Part shown: piece by piece, positions 20,201 to 26,588 of the stretch
How positions within the stretch are numbered: the first letter of the stretch is position 1
How the letters are laid out: each line of letters opens with the position of its first letter
Source of the DNA: Candidatus Electronema halotolerans
GTDB lineage: Bacteria > Desulfobacterota > Desulfobulbia > Desulfobulbales > Desulfobulbaceae
DNA: 32,000 nt
Reading direction: 5' to 3'
Assembly: GCA_942493095.1 (NCBI GenBank)
Contig: OW818675.1
Location: 1,560,001 to 1,592,000 of the forward strand
Position numbers and translations under genes: made by a program
The notes under the pieces: generated by a model
What the model was told of the DNA's origin: nothing
The model's input: the letters and a program-made list of their open reading frames with translations, nothing else
Database searches by the model: none

Positions 20201-20727
20201 GTTGGGTTGCCAAAGACCCGATCTTGTTTGCCGGCGGGGATGTGGATTTGTATGGGTATGTGTTGGGGGATCCGGTTGGGTTGGTTGATTCGTGGGGGCT
20301 TACAGCAGATCCTCCCCTGAAACCACCGATCAACGATCCAGACTGGGGAAGGTATTCTAACCGTTGGGGTGAGGAACTTTTTCATTGTGGATATCAATGT
20401 TATATCGAAAATCGAGAGTGTATTGGTGATAGTTGTGTAAACGATCCAGTTCAGGAAGCCTGCTATGATGAGCAAAACAGACTTGTTGATGATAATCATC
20501 AATTCAGTGGTTGCAAAGGGACAGCTGATCAATACCCCCAAACTGATGGGTGGAATCACACCGTTAATGATAGTGGTGGAATTGTTGCAAATGGCTGGAA
20601 GGCGTTTGTAACATCACGTAACCATAGTAATTATGTGAGAAGGATAGGGCGTGAGCGAGCAATAAATGACAGCATTAGGAGCTATAAACAGCATAATACT
20701 TGGGGTTCTGATAGTGGAGGGTTATAG
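14218..20727 (+). CDS. Exported multidomain RHS/YD-repeat protein with Ig-like repeats, carboxypeptidase regulatory-like domain, NHL repeats and a variable C-terminal tip
   Basis: GTG start, signal peptide MKKTILLSLAAMLCCFLLPSAWA; three Ig-like repeats (~14352-15042); VHDLQDAPLEDVRVTVHDHPEYGTVKTAADGRFTLPAEGG; NHL units TVAGNG..GDGGPATEA.LNNP.GVAVD..GNIFIADY.NHRIRKV; many YD repeats; RHS core RFEYADGRMPAAMTASGATYYLSYDQVGSLRTVADATGSVVKEVSYDSFG...YAPAIGRWVAKDPILFAGGDVDLYGYVLGDPVGLVDSWGL. Confidence 0.95.
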   Translation: MKKTILLSLAAMLCCFLLPSAWADKTDSSLLRMFMMIRTASSPKVSLSAEPAAIKLGGTATLTWISKNADTVSIDNGIGAVDLNGSQSVAPTTTTTYTITAAGAKGTVTDSVTVTVLQPPVVSLAADPTSIIEGSSSTLTWTSTNADSVSIDNNIGTVAASGTRSVSPSADTTYKITATGPGGTASDTAAITVSPADAPAITISAASESIALGASTELSWQSQNVDNISIDNGIGEVAANGSQSITPQHTTTYTITGSGDKGTVSAQVTVQVTGNPAAPPEGSFGEQYEDLMPPDATIDEYDAKRFSLITGMVHDLQDAPLEDVRVTVHDHPEYGTVKTAADGRFTLPAEGGGTMTIAYKRAGYITAHRQVYVPWNDIAVAETVQMLVEDSAATQVTFDGNPATIATHVNTPVTDEFGSRSATIVFQGDNMAHLVDEQGNIIQDLPNITARATEFKTQESMPAVLPPNSAYTYCTELSVDGAARVRFDKPVTVWVDNFLKFDVGEKVPVGYYNRDRGVWVPSENGLVVKLLDTDSDGVADALDSDGDGQPNDLNNNGSFADEVIGLEDASRYVPGKEFWRVTVTHFTPWDCNWPYGPPADATGPNPNGVPDAEEPINDAAEEPINDANNGLKKDDTDCNGSYIKKRGRIVHEDIPIPGTGMTLHYASNRVEGYKQVITVPASGDTVPDSLKSIIVEVKLAGRTLTQTLEPQPNKQAQFVWDGLDYLGREAGTVQADVAVGFVYDAVYYTARNDVANAFAQAGSEVSGIRARQEVTSWQRFQLQISAGKAAGNIAEGWSLSDHHVLGRGAAYLNKGYGSFLENNNTQIITTVAGNGFYGSSGDDGPATEAKLNNPSGVATDKAGNIFIADRGNHRIRKVDTNGIITTVAGTGSEGYNGDNIPAIDAKLAEPRDVVVDQLGNIFIAEYDNHRIRKVDTNGIITTVAGNGATGNGGDGGRAIDAELQNPYQLAVDESGNIFIGHNTSPISRYIRKVDTNGIITTITKPYKIGGLAVDQAGNLLFANSMFARISKIDSSTGIMTTVAGNGSGDYSGDGGPATEASLHNAVDITLDQAGNLFIADYDNKRIRKVANGIISTVAGNGSSGSEGDGGPAAAASLFEPNRVAVDHEGNIFIAEYGHHRIRKVAAASAVFRSHLMEAGDIPFADSNGLGYIMSAAGLHKKTIDLDSGLVVQNFAYDSDNNLISITDQFGNVTAIARDANGTPTAIVSPDGLRTELHINADKQLAKIVYPDSSAYNFTYSPDSLMTVETEPNGNRFEHHFDANGKIAEVLDEEGGQWQYSRQRLANGEVRIESVTAEGNRTVNLDTNASTGAFSTVTIDPSGNESSFSRSADGLSETRELSCGMTSWTDYGLDAEYKYKVAQSTGTQSPAGLTKVAQIDKTYQDTNTDEIPDLIKETLSRDGRLTTLVHNTLIGEKTVTTPKGRKVTAKYDPATLLTKSVEIPGLSPTNYAYDSKGRLTSVTTDERTAAFSYNAQGFLASQTDPEGRTTSYSHDAVGRVTKITRPDASTVQFSYDSNGNMTALTNPSATNHLFDYNKVNKQNAYNTPISGSYSYVYDKDRRLKRTDFPSGAQISNIYTDNLLTQTQTPEGNIDYTYLCSSKVGSISKGGETIAYNYDGSLLTSESKSGTVNQTLTFSYNNDFDLSAITYAGSTENLSYDDDGLLISSGAYAISRNAANGLPEQVSGNALSRSRTFNGYGELTAENSMVNTQPVNGWSVTRNKNGRILSKTENVNGSTVDYAYSYDNMGRLLTVKKGGTLVEEYQYGLNGSRTHEMNSLKGVSSRDYSYSEEDHLLSAGDVSYAFNADGFLTSKTQGAEITAYNYSSRGELLQVALPDGKSIEYLHDPLGRRIAKKVNGTIVEKYLWLGLTKLMAIYDGSDNLLMRFEYADGRMPAAMTASGATYYLSYDQVGSLRTVADATGSVVKEVSYDSFGTILSDSNSALAVPFGFAGGLHDRDTGLVKFGFRDYAPAIGRWVAKDPILFAGGDVDLYGYVLGDPVGLVDSWGLTADPPLKPPINDPDWGRYSNRWGEELFHCGYQCYIENRECIGDSCVNDPVQEACYDEQNRLVDDNHQFSGCKGTADQYPQTDGWNHTVNDSGGIVANGWKAFVTSRNHSNYVRRIGRERAINDSIRSYKQHNTWGSDSGGL
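14352..15042 (+). repeat. Three tandem Ig-like domains inside the RHS protein (period about 225-237 nt)
   Basis: Repeated pattern LSAEPAAIKLGGTATLTWISKNADTVSIDNGIGAVDLNGSQSVAPTTTTTYTITAAGAKGTVTDSVTVTV in three diverged copies. Confidence 0.85.
16700..17660 (+). repeat. Six-unit NHL repeat region (period about 168 nt; unit 4 degenerate)
   Basis: Five full TVAG.G...GD.GPA...L..P..VAVD..GNIFIA...HRIRKV units plus one short degenerate unit (KPYKIGGLAVDQAGNLLFANSMFARISKID). Confidence 0.85.
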
Positions 20728-20731
20728 TAGT

Positions 20732-20752
20732 GTAGGATGCGTCCAACGCATC
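20732..20752. repeat. Short palindromic repeat GTAGGATGCGT-CCA-ACGCATC
   Basis: 7-bp perfect inverted repeat GATGCGT/ACGCATC with 3-nt loop, directly after the RHS stop codon. Confidence 0.55.
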
Positions 20753-20803
20753 TTTCCTTGAGCTCGGTAGGTTGGGGATGAAGAACGACCCCCGATAATT
20801 GGC

Positions 20804-20853
20804 AAAAGGGGACAGATTTATTTTTTTGCAAAAAAATAAATCTGTCCCCTTTT
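20804..20853. repeat. 50-nt perfect palindrome, left flank of RAYT gene
   Basis: AAAAGGGGACAGATTTATTTTTTT-GC-AAAAAAATAAATCTGTCCCCTTTT; both 24-nt arms match perfectly. Confidence 0.95.
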
Positions 20854-20892
20854 GGTCGCGTCCCTTTTGAGTGAGGAGGAGGAATAAACAAA

Positions 20893-21600
20893 ATGCCTCG
20901 ATCAGCCAGAATTATACTTCCGCATACACCTCATCACATTGTCCAGCGAGGACATAATCGTCAGGCTGTTTTTACTTCAGATGATGATTATAATTATTAC
21001 CGGCAAAACCTTGCCGCCTTCAAACAGGAGTTTGGCTGCAAAATATACGCCTACTGCCTGATGACCAATCATATCCACCTCATTGTTGATCCCGGCAGCA
21101 ATCCAGAATCACTTGCGCTCCTGATGAAGCGGGTCGCGGGTCGGCAGACAAGATATGTGAATAAACTGGAAGGTCGATCAGGCAGTTTGTGGGAAGGCCG
21201 CTATAAATCCAGCATCATATCTGCTGATGAGTATCTGTCGGCCTGCTGCCGCTATATTGAACTGAATCCTCTGCGGGCTGGAATAGTTACTGATCCTGCT
21301 CAATACCAATGGTCAAGTTACGGAGCTAAAGTGTGCGGAAGACAGGATGCCGTTGTTGATTTGCCTTTGTTTTATCTGTCATTAGGAGAAACTGCACAGG
21401 AAAGGCAAACAGCGTATAAAGAATATGTCTTTGGAACTGTGCCGGAATATGAAATCAAACTGATACGGGAAGCATTGCAGAGAGGACAGTTGACCGGCAA
21501 CAATCAATTCCGGGAAGAGATTGAAAAGAAGTATGGAGTTCGCATATCAGATAAAAAGCAAGGTCGTCCTGGGCAAAAGGGGACAGATTTATTTTTTTAA
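20893..21600 (+). CDS. REP-associated tyrosine transposase (RAYT, IS200-like Y1_Tnp)
   Basis: PRSARIILPHTPHHIVQRGHNRQAVF, HUH motif NHIHLIVDP, GRSGSLWEGRYKSSII, CCRYIELNPLRAGIV, WSSYGA. Confidence 0.93.
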   Translation: MPRSARIILPHTPHHIVQRGHNRQAVFTSDDDYNYYRQNLAAFKQEFGCKIYAYCLMTNHIHLIVDPGSNPESLALLMKRVAGRQTRYVNKLEGRSGSLWEGRYKSSIISADEYLSACCRYIELNPLRAGIVTDPAQYQWSSYGAKVCGRQDAVVDLPLFYLSLGETAQERQTAYKEYVFGTVPEYEIKLIREALQRGQLTGNNQFREEIEKKYGVRISDKKQGRPGQKGTDLFF

Positions 21601-21622
21601 AAAAACAAATCTGTCCCCTTTT
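21575..21622. repeat. 48-nt near-perfect palindrome, right flank of RAYT gene
   Basis: AAAAGGGGACAGATTTATTTTTTT / AAAAAAACAAATCTGTCCCCTTTT; one mismatch. The left arm encodes the RAYT C-terminus (KGTDLFF*). Confidence 0.95.
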
Positions 21623-21655
21623 GATCCTTTTGATCAACGGCGGCCTGAAGATGCA

Positions 21656-22702
21656 ATGAGACCATTGATAAAGATGATTAAACAGACAGTTGTTGTCGGC
21701 GCAGGAAGCTGGGGCACAGCCTTGGCCAAACTGCTCGCCGACAAAGGCGAGGAAGTCTTTCTCTGGAGTCACCGGCCCGCGCATGTCGATGCCCTGCGCC
21801 GCGACCGCGAAAACCGTCGTTATCTGCCCGGAGCAGCCTTGCCTGCCAAGCTGCAGGCCACGGATGATCTAAGCTGTGTTGCAGACTGTCAATGCGTGGT
21901 CATGGCTGTGCCCTCGCACGGCTTCCGCGAAGTTTTTATCCGCCTTGTCCCTTTGCTTCAAGACGGCAGCCTGTTAGTCTCGGCAGTCAAAGGCATTGAG
22001 ATTGAAAGCGGCCAGACCATGTCGCAGGTCATGAACGCGGAGCTGGCCAAGCTCAAGCGGCAGGAGGCTGTTCACGTCGGAGTCCTGAGCGGCCCCAGTT
22101 TTGCCGACGAAGTGGCGCAAAATCAGCCTACCGCTGTCACAGTCGGCTTTGCTGATCTGGAGGCGGCCAAGGCTGTGCAGGAGCTGTTTGCCGCACCGTT
22201 TTTTCGAGCCTACACCAGCACGGATATCATCGGCTTGGAAATTGCCGGGGCCATGAAAAACGTGATCGCTATTGCCGCAGGTATTGCTGACGGCCTTGAC
22301 TGCGGTCTCAATGCCAGAGCTGCCCTGATCACTCGTGGTTTGGCCGAAATAACCCGTCTTGGCACAGCGTTGGGAGCCAATCCGCTCACCTTTGCCGGTC
22401 TGGGAGGTTTGGGCGATCTGGTGCTGACTTGTACTGGCAGCTTGAGCCGCAATCGCACTGTGGGCCTCAAGCTGGGCGAGGGCCGCACCCTCAAGCAGGC
22501 TTTGGCGGAAATGACTATGGTGGCCGAAGGGGTGCGCACGGCCAAGTCCTGCTGGCGGCTGGCAGCTCAGGCTGGGGTGGAAATGCCCATTTTGGAGCAG
22601 GTATATCAAATCCTTTATGAAGACAAGCCCTGCCAAACAGCAGTTGAGGAACTCTTTCAGCGCAGTTTGAAGGAAGAGGTGGAAGCGGATTTGCCTGCCT
22701 GA
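21656..22702 (+). CDS. gpsA: NAD(P)H-dependent glycerol-3-phosphate dehydrogenase
   Basis: VVVGAGSWGTALAKLLADKGEEVFLWSHRP, VLSGPSFADEVA, NVIAIAAGIADGLDCGLNARAALITRGLAEI, GLGDLVLTCTGSLSRNRTVG. The ORF extends back to 21521 through the palindrome; 21656 or 21674 is the plausible start. Confidence 0.96.
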   Translation: MRPLIKMIKQTVVVGAGSWGTALAKLLADKGEEVFLWSHRPAHVDALRRDRENRRYLPGAALPAKLQATDDLSCVADCQCVVMAVPSHGFREVFIRLVPLLQDGSLLVSAVKGIEIESGQTMSQVMNAELAKLKRQEAVHVGVLSGPSFADEVAQNQPTAVTVGFADLEAAKAVQELFAAPFFRAYTSTDIIGLEIAGAMKNVIAIAAGIADGLDCGLNARAALITRGLAEITRLGTALGANPLTFAGLGGLGDLVLTCTGSLSRNRTVGLKLGEGRTLKQALAEMTMVAEGVRTAKSCWRLAAQAGVEMPILEQVYQILYEDKPCQTAVEELFQRSLKEEVEADLPA

Positions 22703-22731
22703 AGGACGGACAGCCTGCCTGTTTTTTTGCC

Positions 22732-24771
22732 ATGATTACAAAATTTTTCATCCAACCCTTCTGGCTTGCCGCCGGGCTGCTGACCTGCTGCGGAGTGATG
22801 CTTTTTCTCAGGCTGCGCACGGTCCGCCGCCGCAAGGAGCTAGAGAAATTCGCCTCGCCTCATCTGCTGCCCCTGCTGACCGCCAATGTTTCCCAGACCC
22901 GGCGGCGGCTGAAAAGCATTCTTTTCATCTTGGGACTGGCCTGCCTGTTCATGGCTTTGGCCCGGCCCCTGTGGGGCAGCCGCTGGGTTGAGCTGCGGCA
23001 CCGGGGGATCGACATCCTGATCGGTTTTGACGTGTCCAAATCCATGCTCACCCCGGACATCAAGCCCAGCCGTCTGCAACGGGCCAAGCTGGCAGTGCGC
23101 GATTTTGCCGCCCGCTTGGATGGCGACCGGATCGGCCTGCTGCCCTTTGCCGGAACCTCCTTTCTGATATGCCCGCTGACCACAGACTATGATGCCTTCA
23201 CCGCCTCGCTTGATGCTTTGGACACCGCCACCATTCCCAAAGGCGGCACCAATATTGGCGGGGTGATCCGGGATGCAGTCCGGGTGCTGAAGAAAGAGAA
23301 TAATCACAAGATATTGGTCTTGATCACGGACGGCGAGGACTTGAGTCGGGACGCGCTGCAAGCGGCGGCCCTTGCCAAACAGGAAAAAATGATTATCTAT
23401 GCCGTAGGCGTGGGCACAGCGCAGGGCGAGCTGATCCCGCTGCCGGACGGCGGAGCTGGCAATTTTGTCAAAGACCCTTTAGGCAGCTTTGTCACCTCCC
23501 GGCTGGATGAAAAAACGCTGGCCGCTGTTGCGGAAACCACGGGCGGCATCTATGTGCCGCTGGGCAGCATGGGCCAAGGGTTGGATACGGTCTATCAACG
23601 CAAGCTGGCCGTGATCCCCAAAGAGGAGCATGGCCGCCGGAAACGGAAAGTGCCGATGGAACGGTTTCAGTGGCTGTTGGGAGCTGCCATTCTGCTGCTC
23701 AGTGTGGATTTTCTCCTGATTGGCCGCCGCCAGCTGCTGCGGCTGCCGCAGATTTTCACGGCAGGCCGGAGAAAAAAACGGCGGCAGGCGGCGGCAGTGC
23801 TGCTCTGCTGCATCCTTTGTTGTGCAGGGCAGGCACGGGCTGATCAAGGAATTGATCTGTTTCAGGCGGGAAAATATAAACAGGCTGCCGAATATTATGC
23901 CAATAAACTGAAAGAGCGGAACGAGCCTGTTCTGCATTTCAATCGTGGCACGGCCTTGCTCAAACAAGGAAAATACAAAGAGGCCGCTGCCGCCCTCAGC
24001 AAGGCGTTGCAAAGTGATGACCTCGATTTGCAGGCCAAGAGCTATTACAATCGCGGCATCAGCCAATATTATCAAGGCCGGACTGCCGCGCAGACTGATC
24101 TCGGCCAAGCCATCGCCGCATTGAAGCAGGCGGAAGACTCTTTTCAGGCCGCAGCCCAGCTCCTGCAAACGCGGAAAAAAGCCAAGGCAGCGCATTATCA
24201 GCAAGAGGCGGAAAAAGAGCGCAAGCGGCTGGAGCAACAACAGCAGAGCAGTCAGCAGAATAATAACAAGGAGCAAAAAAAGCAGCAGGATTCTCAGGAT
24301 CAGCAGAGCAAGGACGGCAAGGAACAGAAAAAGAATCAGCAGCAATCAGAGGAAAACGGCAATAAAGAGAAAAAGCAGAGGTCCGGGCAAAACAATACGC
24401 AGGAAAATCAAGATACGCAGGACCAGCAGAAGCAGCAGGATGCTGCCAATGGCAAGAAGCCGGGCGATCAGCAGCAGGAAAATAAGAAAAATAATAAACC
24501 GCCGCAGTCAGGAAAGCAGGACTCTGAGAAAAAGCAGGAAAAAGACGGCAAGGATGGTTCGGAGCAAAAATCGCCGCAGGCTGCTCAGGCAGATGCGAAG
24601 CAGAAGCAGTCTGAAAATGGTCAGCAAAGCAAGGGGGAGCGCATGAAGACTGGCAAAATGACCGAAGAGGAGGCCAAGAGTCTGCTCGACAGCTTGAAAG
24701 ATGAGCAGGGCGAGCTGAACTTCATCCCGCAGGAGGCTGCCGACGGCGATGAGGTCGGCAGGGACTGGTGA
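22732..24771 (+). CDS. VWA-domain/TPR fusion protein (BatB-BatC-like, aerotolerance operon type)
   Basis: VWA MIDAS DILIGFDVSKSM and ITDGEDLSRDALQAA, two N-terminal and one mid TM segments. Then TPR GIDLFQAGKYKQAAEYYANKL...VLHFNRGTALLKQGKYKEAAAALSKAL and a Gln/Lys/Asn-rich tail. Confidence 0.9.
   Translation: MITKFFIQPFWLAAGLLTCCGVMLFLRLRTVRRRKELEKFASPHLLPLLTANVSQTRRRLKSILFILGLACLFMALARPLWGSRWVELRHRGIDILIGFDVSKSMLTPDIKPSRLQRAKLAVRDFAARLDGDRIGLLPFAGTSFLICPLTTDYDAFTASLDALDTATIPKGGTNIGGVIRDAVRVLKKENNHKILVLITDGEDLSRDALQAAALAKQEKMIIYAVGVGTAQGELIPLPDGGAGNFVKDPLGSFVTSRLDEKTLAAVAETTGGIYVPLGSMGQGLDTVYQRKLAVIPKEEHGRRKRKVPMERFQWLLGAAILLLSVDFLLIGRRQLLRLPQIFTAGRRKKRRQAAAVLLCCILCCAGQARADQGIDLFQAGKYKQAAEYYANKLKERNEPVLHFNRGTALLKQGKYKEAAAALSKALQSDDLDLQAKSYYNRGISQYYQGRTAAQTDLGQAIAALKQAEDSFQAAAQLLQTRKKAKAAHYQQEAEKERKRLEQQQQSSQQNNNKEQKKQQDSQDQQSKDGKEQKKNQQQSEENGNKEKKQRSGQNNTQENQDTQDQQKQQDAANGKKPGDQQQENKKNNKPPQSGKQDSEKKQEKDGKDGSEQKSPQAAQADAKQKQSENGQQSKGERMKTGKMTEEEAKSLLDSLKDEQGELNFIPQEAADGDEVGRDW
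24233..24640 (+). repeat. Low-complexity Gln/Lys/Asn/Glu-rich coding tract in BatC-like tail
   Basis: QQQQSSQQNNNKEQKKQQDSQDQQSKDGKEQKKNQQQSEENGNKEKKQRSGQNN...KQKQSENGQQSKGERM. Confidence 0.85.
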
Positions 24772-26588
24772 TGGGCTGGCGCAGGATAGCGCGGCTCCAG
24801 CTTATGGTCAGCCTGCTCTGCTGCTGGGCTGCCGCAGCTTGGGCAGCGAATGTTCAGGTCAGAGCCGAACTCAAGCCGACCACCTTTGCTCTTGATCAAA
24901 CAGCAGAATTCATCATCACGGTTGAGGGAACCAGCTCGGCCCAGCCAGACCTGCCGCTTGCGCCGGGACTGTATTTCCAGTCACGCGGGCAGAGCCAGCA
25001 GACCTCTTGGGTCAACGGCCAGGTTTCGGCCTCAGTGACGTTCAGTTTTGCCGTGCAGGCAAGCAAGCCTGGTCAATACACCATTGGCCCGGTCACGGTG
25101 CGGGCAGGCGGCAAGACCTACCAGACCCAGCCGCTGCACTGCACAGTCGGCCCGGCCAGCCATTCCAGCGCATCACAGCCTGCTCCCGGTTCCGGCAGCA
25201 GCAGCACGCCGCCGCTCTCCGCAGACGAGGCGGCCCGCATCGGCAGCCTGCGGATCATGCCGCAAAAAGACACCTTTTATCTCGGCGAAATCATTCCGTT
25301 CACGCTCAAAGCCTATTTTCAGTCAGGCCAGCGGATCAATATTGACAGCGCGCCAGTGCTGATTGGCGACAGTTTTCTGATACACGAGGTGGATAAAGAG
25401 CCAATCCAGCGGCAGGAGCAGTTCATGGGCCAATGGGGCACGTCCCTGACCTGGCAGGGCAAGCTGTCAGCGGTCAAGGAAGGGCCTGCCGCGCTGTCGG
25501 TGCAGTTAGATGCTGATCTGCTCATCCGAAAGCAGCGGCAGCGCAGCACAGACCCCTTCGACATGTTTGACGATCCGTTTTTTGACAATTTTTTCAGCAA
25601 CTACAGCAAGCGGGAGATCAAGCTGGCCAGCCCGGCGGCGCAGGTGAATGTCCTGCCTCTGCCAACAAAAGGCCGGCCAGCAGATTTCAGCGGCGCAGTC
25701 GGCACCTTCAGCTTGGCCGTGACCGCCTCGCCTGTTGACGGCAGGATAGGCGAGCCGATCAGCCTGAAAATGCGGATTGAGGGCAAGGGCAATTTTGACC
25801 GGGTCCAAGCTCCGGTGCTGACAGACCGCAAGGGCTGGAAACTCTATCCGGCCTCAGCCAAGTTTGCCGGGCAGAATGGCGGCAAAGGCGCAAAGACCTT
25901 TGAGCAGGCTGTCATTCCCACGGACAGCAGCCTGACTGCGGTGCCGCCGCTTCATTTTTCCTATTTTGATCCGACGGCCAAAGACTATGTCAGCCTGAGC
26001 AGCGAGCCGATTCCGCTTCATCTTCAGCAAGGTGCTGACCCGGCCCAGCCGCTGCCAGCAGCTCCGGCCCAACCAGCTCCTGATCCCAAAAAAGCTCTGC
26101 CAAAAACAAAGCAGCCTGTAATGCCGCAGCTGCCTTTGGAGCCGGGGGAAATGGTGCGCTCCATTCAGCCCTTGTACAGAAAGCAATGGTTTCAGCACCT
26201 CATGGCCGGGGTAGGCTGCTGCCTGACCGCCGGACTGCTGCTTGATATGCGCCGGAAAAAGTTGGAGAACAATCCAGGCTTGGTCCGCCGCAAAGTCGTG
26301 GCCCGGCAATTGGCCCGGCATTTTCAGGCGATGCGGAAAGCGATCAGAAGGCAGGATCAGGAGCGGTTCCAGCAGCACTGCCGGGAAGCAGTGCAGACAT
26401 GGGCTGGCGCGGCCTGGGAGCGCGCTCCAGAGGCGATCACCTTGGCGGACTTGCAGGCACGGCTGTCTGCGAATTCGCCGCTGCTGGCCCTCTTCACCCG
26501 GCTGGAGCAAAGCGGCTATGCGGGCGGCAGCTTGGAGCCGGAGGAAATGGAAAACATGCTCCAGACCGCCCAGCAGGAATTGACATGA
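24771..26588 (+). CDS. BatD-like protein (oxygen tolerance family)
   Basis: Signal peptide, NVQVRAELKPTTFALDQTAEFIITVEG, FYLGEIIPFTLKAYF, IGEPISLKMRIEGKGNFDRV, C-terminal TM. Start overlaps the upstream stop (TGATG). Confidence 0.87.
   Translation: MGWRRIARLQLMVSLLCCWAAAAWAANVQVRAELKPTTFALDQTAEFIITVEGTSSAQPDLPLAPGLYFQSRGQSQQTSWVNGQVSASVTFSFAVQASKPGQYTIGPVTVRAGGKTYQTQPLHCTVGPASHSSASQPAPGSGSSSTPPLSADEAARIGSLRIMPQKDTFYLGEIIPFTLKAYFQSGQRINIDSAPVLIGDSFLIHEVDKEPIQRQEQFMGQWGTSLTWQGKLSAVKEGPAALSVQLDADLLIRKQRQRSTDPFDMFDDPFFDNFFSNYSKREIKLASPAAQVNVLPLPTKGRPADFSGAVGTFSLAVTASPVDGRIGEPISLKMRIEGKGNFDRVQAPVLTDRKGWKLYPASAKFAGQNGGKGAKTFEQAVIPTDSSLTAVPPLHFSYFDPTAKDYVSLSSEPIPLHLQQGADPAQPLPAAPAQPAPDPKKALPKTKQPVMPQLPLEPGEMVRSIQPLYRKQWFQHLMAGVGCCLTAGLLLDMRRKKLENNPGLVRRKVVARQLARHFQAMRKAIRRQDQERFQQHCREAVQTWAGAAWERAPEAITLADLQARLSANSPLLALFTRLEQSGYAGGSLEPEEMENMLQTAQQELT

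Larger units (their letters stand above)
20804..21622 (+). mobile_element. RAYT-type unit: Y1 transposase plus flanking palindromes
   Basis: Y1 transposase CDS at 20893-21600 bracketed by two near-identical palindromes at 20804-20853 and 21575-21622. Confidence 0.75.

Noticed and set aside
19504-20559. 351-aa minus-strand ORF
   Set aside because: Antisense to the RHS core with no family features.
22690-22732. Possible terminator after gpsA (GCCTGCCTG ... GCCTGCCTG followed by T7)
   Set aside because: The G+C segments form a direct repeat rather than an inverted one; only a weak 4-bp ACAG/CTGT stem is available.
23479-24345. Minus-strand ORF with a Leu/Ile-rich hydrophobic stretch (LLILFLFLAVLALLILRILLLF)
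   Set aside because: It is the complement of the Gln/Lys-rich BatC-like low-complexity tract, not a real membrane protein.
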